Assembly: GCF_000008645.1 (NCBI RefSeq)
Contig: NC_000916.1
Coordinates: forward strand, 780,001 to 812,000
DNA: 32,000 nucleotides
DNA from: Methanothermobacter thermautotrophicus str. Delta H
Lineage (GTDB): Archaea > Methanobacteriota > Methanobacteria > Methanobacteriales > Methanothermobacteraceae
Reading direction: 5' to 3'
How positions within the stretch are numbered: the stretch's first letter is position 1; every line of letters starts with the position of its first letter. This document shows positions 25,527-32,000 of this stretch, piece after piece. The notes beneath the pieces are model-generated. The model was not told the DNA's origin. It did not search any database and was given only the letters and a program-made list of their open reading frames with translations. A program made the position numbers and the translations under genes.

Positions 25527-25544
25527 TGTGACCCGAGGGTCACA
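25527..25544. other. near-perfect palindrome tgtgaccc-ga-gggtcaca (hairpin) in the tfb 3' flank
   Basis: Read directly. A 7-bp stem with a 4-nt loop is feasible. On the minus strand it is preceded by T5. Confidence 0.5.
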
Positions 25545-25568
25545 AAAACATCAAAGTTCTCTAACCTG

Positions 25569-25574
25569 AAAAAA
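25569..25574 (-). terminator. oligo-T (T6 on minus strand) 11 nt after the tfb stop
   Basis: A6 on the plus strand at 25569-25574. Confidence 0.45.
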
Positions 25575-25584
25575 TTATGTGTAA

Positions 25585-26544
25585 CTAGAGAGTCACGCCA
25601 AGATCAAGCTGCTCTGTGAGCTCCTTGTACCTGTTCCTTATGGTTACCTCTGTTACACCTGCAACCTCTGCAACGTCTCTCTGGGTCTTGTGTTCCCCGA
25701 GGAGGACCGATGCTATGTAGAGGGCCGCTGCTGCAACCCCAGTTGGACCTCTTCCTGATGTGAGGCCGTTCTCCATTGCCATCTCAATTATCTCAATGGC
25801 CTTGGACTGTACCTCACCTGATAGGCCCAGTTCACTTGCAAACCTTGGCACGTAATCCACCGGGGATGTTGGAGGTAACTTTATGTTGAGTTCCCTTGTC
25901 AGGAACCTGTAGGTCCTTCCAACCTCCTTCTTGCTCACCCTTGAAACCTCTGCAATCTCGTCAAGGGTCCTTGGAACGTTGCATTTCCTGCATGCAGCGT
26001 AGAGTGATGCTGCCACCACTCCCTCAATGCTCCTTCCCCTGATGAGTTTGTTCTCAACGGCTCTCCTGTATACCATGGAGGCCGCTTCCCTCACACTCCT
26101 GGGGAGCCCCAGCCTTGATGAGTCACGGTCAAGCTCGCTGAGGGCAAATGCAAGGTTCCTCTCGGTGGCGCCTGATATCCTTATCTTCCTCTGCCACTTC
26201 CTCAGACGGTACCACTGGGCCCTGTTCCTTGCAGGTATGTCCCTTCCATATATGTCCTTGTTTCTCCAGTCTATCATTGTTGATAGACCCTTGTCGTGTA
26301 TGGTGTAGGTTATGGGTGCTCCTACCCTTGTCCTCTTATCCCTCTGTTCGTGGTCAAAGGCCCTCCACTCTGGACCCATATCAACCAGGTTATCGTCTAT
26401 GACAAGACCACATTTTCCACAGACTATTTCAGCCCTTTCGTAGTCGCCCCTAAGGTCATCGGAGCCGCACTCAGGGCATTTTGTTTCCTTCTCTATTTCA
26501 GAAACATCAGACCTCATTTTCTCCTTCGTTTCCTTCGCCCCCAT
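25585..26544 (-). CDS. tfb: transcription initiation factor TFB (TFIIB homologue)
   Basis: An N-terminal Zn ribbon (CPECGSDDL...CGKCG) is followed by two cyclin-fold repeats. The probable true start is ATG 26517-26515 (310 aa), which forms an ATGA overlap with the gar1 stop. Confidence 0.95.
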   Translation of the reverse strand: MGAKETKEKMRSDVSEIEKETKCPECGSDDLRGDYERAEIVCGKCGLVIDDNLVDMGPEWRAFDHEQRDKRTRVGAPITYTIHDKGLSTMIDWRNKDIYGRDIPARNRAQWYRLRKWQRKIRISGATERNLAFALSELDRDSSRLGLPRSVREAASMVYRRAVENKLIRGRSIEGVVAASLYAACRKCNVPRTLDEIAEVSRVSKKEVGRTYRFLTRELNIKLPPTSPVDYVPRFASELGLSGEVQSKAIEIIEMAMENGLTSGRGPTGVAAAALYIASVLLGEHKTQRDVAEVAGVTEVTIRNRYKELTEQLDLGVTL

Positions 26545-26792
26545 TTTTTCACATTCTTTATACCCACGTATAAAGTCTCTCCAACTCGGTTCTCAAACTT
26601 TTCAGGATTTATTGCACGAGATGGTTTTATGGATATGTATGGATTCCGTGTAGGTCCAAAGATATCGTGCACTTTTCCTATCCTTTTCCCATCGGAAGTA
26701 AAAACAGGTGCTCCAAGCTGCTGTGTTCTATCTGAACGTGCTATGATCCTTCCCTTGTTGGAGACATGTGAAATATTCCCTAAAGCCTTCAT
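26514..26792 (-). CDS. gar1: H/ACA RNP component Gar1
   Basis: 92 aa. [19 protein letters not shown] and a basic C-terminal tail (RRKRRRK) are typical of archaeal Gar1. It lies immediately upstream of tfb. Confidence 0.85.
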   Translation of the reverse strand: MKALGNISHVSNKGRIIARSDRTQQLGAPVFTSDGKRIGKVHDIFGPTRNPYISIKPSRAINPEKFENRVGETLYVGIKNVKKWGRRKRRRK

Positions 26793-26830
26793 AATTCACC
26801 GAAAATTTTATATACTGTATTCTCTAACTA

Positions 26831-26867
26831 CTAGTATATAAATGTTTCGATAATTTTATATAAAATT
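26831..26867 (-). promoter_or_regulatory. AT-rich promoter region for gar1-tfb, with TATA-like boxes including a 16-nt perfect palindrome aattttatataaaatt (26852-26867)
   Basis: Read directly. catttatatactag on the minus strand (26831-26844) is centred ~46 nt upstream of ATG 26792. GGTGA lies 3 nt before the ATG. Confidence 0.4.
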
Positions 26868-26878
26868 AGGGCTGGGTG

Positions 26879-27934
26879 TCATGAGGTCATCTGTTTTCCA
26901 TAGTAGATCGCCGCAATGAGACCTATCAATGTCGGTGCAATATAGCTTGCGATCCTATCAACAACACTGGCTGCCATGACATAATCGGCGCCTATCCCTG
27001 CAACTGCAAATAGGCCCACAAGTATCCCCTCTCTCAACCCAAGGGACCCTGGTAGAATCGGAAGGAGGGATATTAGGATCCCGACTGTGTAGATTATTAT
27101 GAGTGGAACCGCAGGTGGTGAGACACCCACAGCCAGGAAGCAGACATAGAGTCGACAAACATCAAGGGCCCACATCCCCAGTGATATGAAGAATCCTATG
27201 ACAAAGACCCTCCTGTCTGTTATTGCAGTTGAAAAGCCATCATTGAATCGATTTATATAGAATATGACCTTCTCGTGTATCCCTGCAAAACTGATACCCC
27301 CTTCCCTGAACCTTGAGAACCATGAAACCAGCCTCCTTGTGACAGAAAGGGCTATCCTCTGGGCTATTTTTTTGTTCATACCCGCATAGACCGCCAGGGA
27401 GAACCCTGCAATGGTCACAAGGATCAGCACACTGACAACTATCCTGGTCCAGATGGATATCTCCCAGGTCATTATGAGCACCGCAGAGAGAATGGAGATC
27501 AGGGCAAAGGGTATGAACTCAAAGACCCGGTCCGCTGTGGATGATGCAAAACCAATCTCAAAGGGTGTGCCCTCAACCTCACGCAGAAGGTAGGCCCTCA
27601 GTGGCTCACCACCGGCAGCCCCGGGGGTTATGTTGTTCCCGAAGATACTGGTAAAAAGAAGCATCATGAGCCTCGGAAAGGATGGAGCATCATCAACCAC
27701 ATTCAGGATGAGCCTCCACCTCAGGGTCCACAGGATAAGTATAATGGCCTCCAGGACGAAATTGAGGGCAAGAAAATAGGGGCTGGTCCCCTCAAGTGCC
27801 CTCAGAATATCACCGAAACCTGCGAAAAAACCTATGAGAAATATTACAACAGCAACCGCAAGGAATGAGAGAACGATGGTCCTTCTGTTCTCTCGGATGT
27901 AATCAAATACGCTGCTCTCTTCCATGGAAACCAA
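26879..27934 (-). CDS. UPF0104 / lysyl-PG-synthase-TM-region-like (flippase-like) membrane protein
   Basis: 351 aa, polytopic. The motif GNNITPGAAGGEPLRAYLL is typical of the UPF0104 (TIGR00374) family. Start is TTG 27934 or ATG 27925. Confidence 0.75.
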   Translation of the reverse strand: MVSMEESSVFDYIRENRRTIVLSFLAVAVVIFLIGFFAGFGDILRALEGTSPYFLALNFVLEAIILILWTLRWRLILNVVDDAPSFPRLMMLLFTSIFGNNITPGAAGGEPLRAYLLREVEGTPFEIGFASSTADRVFEFIPFALISILSAVLIMTWEISIWTRIVVSVLILVTIAGFSLAVYAGMNKKIAQRIALSVTRRLVSWFSRFREGGISFAGIHEKVIFYINRFNDGFSTAITDRRVFVIGFFISLGMWALDVCRLYVCFLAVGVSPPAVPLIIIYTVGILISLLPILPGSLGLREGILVGLFAVAGIGADYVMAASVVDRIASYIAPTLIGLIAAIYYGKQMTS

Positions 27935-28597
27935 CTACTTTCGAAGGCCAAGGATCTCTGAAAGGGAAATTCCGCCTTCAACACCCTCCACTATTGAGGA
28001 CTCCTTCTCCCTCACCTTCAGGGCGGCCTTCACGACTTCCCCTGTAACCTCGGAGGGCACAACAACCACACCTGACTCATCACCGAGGAGCAGGTCCCCC
28101 TTTTTAACCATGACACCATCACACTCAAGGTCTACATTGAGCTGCCCCTCGGCACGGGGTTCCCCCGCGCAGGGCACATAGTCCCTTGAGAATACAGGGA
28201 AATCAAGTTCAAGGAGGGCATCAATATCCCTGCAGGATCCATAGATAACGACCCCTGCGATACCCCTTTTCATGGCGGTCTTAGAGGTGAGTTCACCCCA
28301 CACAGCCCTCTCATCACCATCAGCACCTATAAAAATAATTTCCCCTGGTGCTGCAGCATCAATGGCCATGACGGACGTCCCCCAGTCGTGCTGGGATGTC
28401 CTGACTGTGACCACTCTACCGCAGACACGCAGGTTGTTCACCGGTTTTATTGAGGGTATCACGCCAACCTCTCCGGTCACACTTTTGAGTGCATCGGAAA
28501 TCTGGGGCGCCGATATCCCAGATAAAAGCCTGACAGGGTCCTCGGGTACACTGAGCCTCCTGAGACGATCAATCGGTTTCATACCTCTCCTGGCCAT
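27935..28597 (-). CDS. RraA-like / class II HMG-CHA aldolase-oxaloacetate decarboxylase family protein
   Basis: 220 aa. AVWGELTSKTAMKRGIAGVVIYGSCRDIDAL fits the RraA-family core. Confidence 0.7.
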   Translation of the reverse strand: MARRGMKPIDRLRRLSVPEDPVRLLSGISAPQISDALKSVTGEVGVIPSIKPVNNLRVCGRVVTVRTSQHDWGTSVMAIDAAAPGEIIFIGADGDERAVWGELTSKTAMKRGIAGVVIYGSCRDIDALLELDFPVFSRDYVPCAGEPRAEGQLNVDLECDGVMVKKGDLLLGDESGVVVVPSEVTGEVVKAALKVREKESSIVEGVEGGISLSEILGLRK

Positions 28598-28601
28598 CCA
28601 A

Positions 28602-28895
28602 TCAATCCTGGGGAGTTGTGACCTCTTCGACCATGGTCCTTCCAGCTACAACTTCATCAACACTGTGGATGGAACCACCATAACTCTCTATTGCCCTTGT
28701 TATCTCATCGAAATCCAGGTCGTTCCCCTGGATGGTCACCTTGATGTTCTCTGTTTCCTTGTCGATCTCCATGAGGGTGATGTTAACTCCCTCAACACCC
28801 CTCAGTTCACTCAGATACTTTGCATATTCAGGTATTATGGGTTCGTGGGGTTTCAGTATATCCAGAACGATTCTAATAAGGCCCTTAGCCACCAT
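28602..28895 (-). CDS. DUF211 (COG1888-like) small archaeal protein, function unknown
   Basis: 97 aa. IRIVLDILKPHEP...GVEGVNITLMEIDKETENIKVTIQG matches my recollection of DUF211. GGAGG lies 4 nt upstream. Confidence 0.7.
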   Translation of the reverse strand: MVAKGLIRIVLDILKPHEPIIPEYAKYLSELRGVEGVNITLMEIDKETENIKVTIQGNDLDFDEITRAIESYGGSIHSVDEVVAGRTMVEEVTTPQD

Positions 28896-29040
28896 CTTTC
28901 CTCCATGAATCTGTTAAAATGATATAGTATTATGATAACATAGATATTTAAATATAGCCCAGAAACACACCTCTGATTATTTTATATATCAGTATCGTCA
29001 TATAAGATATAGATATTATCAAGTTATTAAAGGGCCAGAT

Positions 29041-29457
29041 ATGTCTCTTATCAAGCTTCAGCAGATAACCGATGAGTTAGAGGAACTTAAATATCAGGGA
29101 GAGCAGGGAATACCCATACTAATTGAGGGCCGTAAGGATGAAGAAGCCCTGCGGGAGCTGGGCGTCAACGGTCCCTTCATAAAGGTTTCAGGCACCAGAC
29201 TGAGCCTTTCGGAGATTGCTCTCAGGGCATCCCGGACATCGAGGGTCATAATACTCACAGACTTTGACCGGAAGGGCAGTGAACTTGCAAAAAGACTCTA
29301 CAGGGACATGCAGAGTCTTGGAGCAGATCCAGACCTCAGGATACGTCGTAGACTCATGGGGATGACACGCAGATACATCAAGGATATACAGAGCCTCCCT
29401 TCTTACATTGAAAGGCTGAAGCTGGAGGTATGCCCGTACCCCCTTGATAATATCTGA
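29041..29457 (+). CDS. small Toprim-domain protein (UPF0292 / RNase M5-like small primase-like family)
   Basis: 138 aa. Toprim signatures are present: [12 protein letters not shown] (conserved Glu) and ILTDFDRKG (DxD). Confidence 0.75.
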
Positions 29458-29516
29458 ATGCTGTTATCATCACACTTCAATTTGATAACCAGTCATTCCT
29501 CAAAAGGAGGGTTTAC

Positions 29517-30662
29517 ATGGGAAAAGAAGAGATAAGCACAACTAAATACCTCATTCACGCTCAAATTAACGCTAATGGAATCGTAGAGAAACCAGATGTC
29601 GTGGGGGCGATATTCGGACAGACCGAAGGCCTCCTCAGCAACGACCTTGACCTCAGGGAATTCCAGAAAACAGGAAGGATCGGTAGAATCAAGGTTAACA
29701 TAACATCACGTGGTGGTAAATCAAAGGGGGAGATAATAATACCATCAAGCCTTGACCGTGTTGAAACCGCCATACTTGCGGCTTCCCTGGAAACGATAAA
29801 CCGTGTCGGGCCATGCGAGGCCTACATCCAGGTCACCAAGGTCGAGGACGTCAGGGCAGTTAAACGTAAGAGGGTCGTTGAGAGGGCCAAGGAGATCTAC
29901 GCAAGCATGATGGAGGAGGTTACTCCCGAAAGCCTCAAGATGATCGAGGAGGTAAAGGAGGCCATGCGCGTCCATGAGATCACCGAGTACGGTGAGGAGA
30001 AACTTCCGGCCGGCCCCAACGTTGAAACTTCAGACGCCATACTGGTGGTTGAGGGAAGATCAGACGTGCTCAACCTCCTCAAGTACGGTATAAAGAACGC
30101 CATAGCAGTGGAGGGTGTCAGTGTACCGAAAACCGTGGCTGATTTAACCAGGAAAAAGACCGTTACCGCCTTCGTTGATGGTGACAGGGGCGGTGAACTC
30201 ATACTCAAGGAACTCCTCCAGGTTGGTGAAATAGACTACGTCACCAGGGCCCCTAAGGGCAAGGAGGTGGAGGACCTTGAGAAGGACGAGATAATGATGG
30301 CCCTGCGTAACAAGGTGCCTGTTGAACAGTTCTACCATGACCTTGGAATGAAGAAGGAGAAGAAGAAGACAGAGGACAAGATGGTGCTCCTCCGTAACAT
30401 CCTGAAGGAGCTTGAGGGCACCGGAAACGCCGAGATACTCGACGACGCCCTGAACATACTCAGGGAGGTTAAGGTGGAGAACCTCTATGACGAACTGAGC
30501 AGGGTCAACAACCACCCCTACGCCGTGGTATTTGATGGTGTGATAACACAGCGCCTGGTTGACCTCTCCTTCGAGAAGGGTCTCAGATACCTTGTGGCCG
30601 TTAGAAGCGGGGATATAGTTAAGAAACCCCACAACCTCAAGCTTATAACCGGTCACACCTGA
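29517..30662 (+). CDS. dnaG: archaeal DnaG-type primase / exosome-associated Toprim protein
   Basis: 381 aa. The N-terminal [33 protein letters not shown] is characteristic of archaeal DnaG. Toprim motifs are VVEGRSDV and [13 protein letters not shown] lies upstream. Confidence 0.9.
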   Translation: MGKEEISTTKYLIHAQINANGIVEKPDVVGAIFGQTEGLLSNDLDLREFQKTGRIGRIKVNITSRGGKSKGEIIIPSSLDRVETAILAASLETINRVGPCEAYIQVTKVEDVRAVKRKRVVERAKEIYASMMEEVTPESLKMIEEVKEAMRVHEITEYGEEKLPAGPNVETSDAILVVEGRSDVLNLLKYGIKNAIAVEGVSVPKTVADLTRKKTVTAFVDGDRGGELILKELLQVGEIDYVTRAPKGKEVEDLEKDEIMMALRNKVPVEQFYHDLGMKKEKKKTEDKMVLLRNILKELEGTGNAEILDDALNILREVKVENLYDELSRVNNHPYAVVFDGVITQRLVDLSFEKGLRYLVAVRSGDIVKKPHNLKLITGHT

Positions 30663-30683
30663 AATTAACAGAAGGCATCAAAA

Positions 30684-32000
30684 ATGTATGTTGATATGAA
30701 CCGTGAGTATCTGAAGGACATAAACACCACGGAAGACGTTAAGATACCTGAGGATCCCCTTGAAAGGGTTATAGGGCATGAAGATGTCATGCCAATGATA
30801 AAGATAGCTGCTAAGCAGCGTAGACACCTGCTACTTGTTGGACCGCCGGGCATAGGAAAATCACTCCTTGCCCAGGCAATATCCTTTCACCTGCCTGAAC
30901 CATCTGAGGAGATAACGGTTGTCCACAACCCTGAAAGGCCAGAGAGACCATTCGTTGAGATAAAAAACAGGAAAGAGATCGAGGATGAAATCCTTGAAAT
31001 CGAAAGGGCTGAGGGGGAACTCATAGACCCCCAGAGCGCCCCTGATGCTGTTGCAGAGCGCCTGGGCTTCAAGTGCATCCACTGCGGGGAGTACAGCAGC
31101 GCCTATAACAGTATCTGCCCGCGGTGTGGTGGGGACAAGTTTTCACACATTAAGGCCCGGAGAAAACATATCGGAGACCTCCTTGGAATGTTTGAGATGA
31201 GTTCAGGGAGCCTCAGCGTCCCCCAGAAGAGGGTGACAACGACCCGGATCATTGATGGTGTTGAGGAGGTTGTGATCTATGAGCGGGTTGGTGGTGAGGA
31301 GATCAAGGTACTTGATCAGAGGGCCCTTGAAAAGCGAAGGCAGATCGTTGAGGAGAAGCCCAGGAACGTCATAGTACCCCTTGATAGAAAAACCTTTGTC
31401 CAGGCCACAGGGGCCAGTGAAACCGAACTCCTGGGAGATGTCCGCCATGACCCCTACGGAGGTCACCCTGACCTTGGATCCCAGCCCTATGAACGCGTTG
31501 TGCCGGGAGCCATCCATGAGGCCCATGAGGGTGTCCTCTTCATAGACGAGATAGTTCACATTGCAGGCCTTCAGAGGTTCATATTCAGCGCAATGCAGGA
31601 TAAAACATTCCCCATAGTCGGTAGGAACCCCCAGAGTGCTGGAAGTTCCGTCAAGGTCGATGAGGTTCCATGTGACTTCATATTTGTCGGTGCCTGCAAC
31701 ATTGCGGACCTCCAGTACATACTCCCCCCTCTGCGATCAAGGATCCAGGGAGAGGGTTATGAGCTTCTTCTGAACACCACAATGCCTGATACCGATGAGA
31801 ACCGGGCAAAGATAGCTCAGTTCGTTGCGCAGGAGATAGAGCTCGATGGAAAGATACCCCATGCCCGTGCCGCTGCCGTTGAACTCCTCATTGAAGAGGC
31901 TAGACGGAGGGCAAGGGCCGTGGATGATGTTGATAACGCCCTCACCCTCAGGCTCCGGGACCTCGGAGGGGTTGTGAGGATGGCCGGGGACCTTGCAGTT
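30684..32000 (+). CDS. lonB: LonB-type AAA+ protease, N-terminal 439 codons (3' end outside window), with a Cys4 zinc-ribbon insertion
   Basis: Not in the ORF track because it is open at the window end. Hand translation from ATG 30684 gives VIGHEDVMPMIKIAAKQRRHLLLVGPPGIGKS (Walker A), GDVRHDPYGG, GVLFIDEI (Walker B), PLRSRI and TLRLRDLGGVVRMAGDLA. These are collinear with archaeal LonB. Confidence 0.9.
   Translation, partial: MYVDMNREYLKDINTTEDVKIPEDPLERVIGHEDVMPMIKIAAKQRRHLLLVGPPGIGKSLLAQAISFHLPEPSEEITVVHNPERPERPFVEIKNRKEIEDEILEIERAEGELIDPQSAPDAVAERLGFKCIHCGEYSSAYNSICPRCGGDKFSHIKARRKHIGDLLGMFEMSSGSLSVPQKRVTTTRIIDGVEEVVIYERVGGEEIKVLDQRALEKRRQIVEEKPRNVIVPLDRKTFVQATGASETELLGDVRHDPYGGHPDLGSQPYERVVPGAIHEAHEGVLFIDEIVHIAGLQRFIFSAMQDKTFPIVGRNPQSAGSSVKVDEVPCDFIFVGACNIADLQYILPPLRSRIQGEGYELLLNTTMPDTDENRAKIAQFVAQEIELDGKIPHARAAAVELLIEEARRRARAVDDVDNALTLRLRDLGGVVRMAGDLAV

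Noticed and set aside
26296-26841. 181-aa plus-strand ORF
   Set aside because: It is antisense to tfb and gar1, both confidently identified. It has no recognisable domain.
30144-30656. 170-aa minus-strand ORF
   Set aside because: It is antisense to dnaG and has no supporting signals.

Overview
This window looks like a euryarchaeal methanogen chromosome. Gene content and order resemble Methanothermobacter thermautotrophicus. From memory and unverified, the sHSP, MTH865-like, TFB and DUF211 genes fit the spacing of locus tags MTH859, MTH865, MTH885 and MTH889. The window is densely coding, with about 38 genes. Many show stop/start overlaps (ATGA, TTGA) and Shine-Dalgarno-like GGAGG/GGTG motifs. 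Most of it is core housekeeping: TldD fragment, AMMECR1, NOG1-type GTPase, Hsp20, a GlmS-like SIS protein, ThiN, adenine deaminase, LOR/SDH-type ornithine cyclodeaminase, agmatinase, aIF5A, pyruvoyl arginine decarboxylase, IMPase-family phosphatase plus NAD kinase, a Mur-ligase-like protein (possibly CfbE), HemC, Gfo/Idh/MocA oxidoreductase, HTH-PyrE-like protein, UbiA-family prenyltransferase, aRF1, UMP kinase, several membrane proteins, a GT2-GT1 fused glycosyltransferase, Gar1, TFB, a DUF211-RraA-UPF0104 operon, two Toprim proteins (small one plus DnaG) and a LonB-type protease. I found no rRNA, tRNA, CRISPR array, transposase or integrase. The only clearly accessory segment is an AT-rich block of about 1.5 kb (~5740-7260). 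It carries a Cys4 plus winged-helix regulator, a candidate 37-codon Cys-rich micro-ORF not in the supplied track, and an MTH865-like gene fused onto the 3' end of the adenine deaminase operon. This is my best candidate for something undescribed, but its function is inferred only. Other items worth a second look are a 420-bp ORF-free spacer with direct repeats, recurrent ~50-64-bp tandem duplications just 3' of minus-strand genes, a LonB paralogue with a Cys4 zinc ribbon where the membrane anchor normally sits, and the uncharacterised DUF211-RraA-UPF0104 operon. All family assignments come from reading motifs by eye. No database searches were run.
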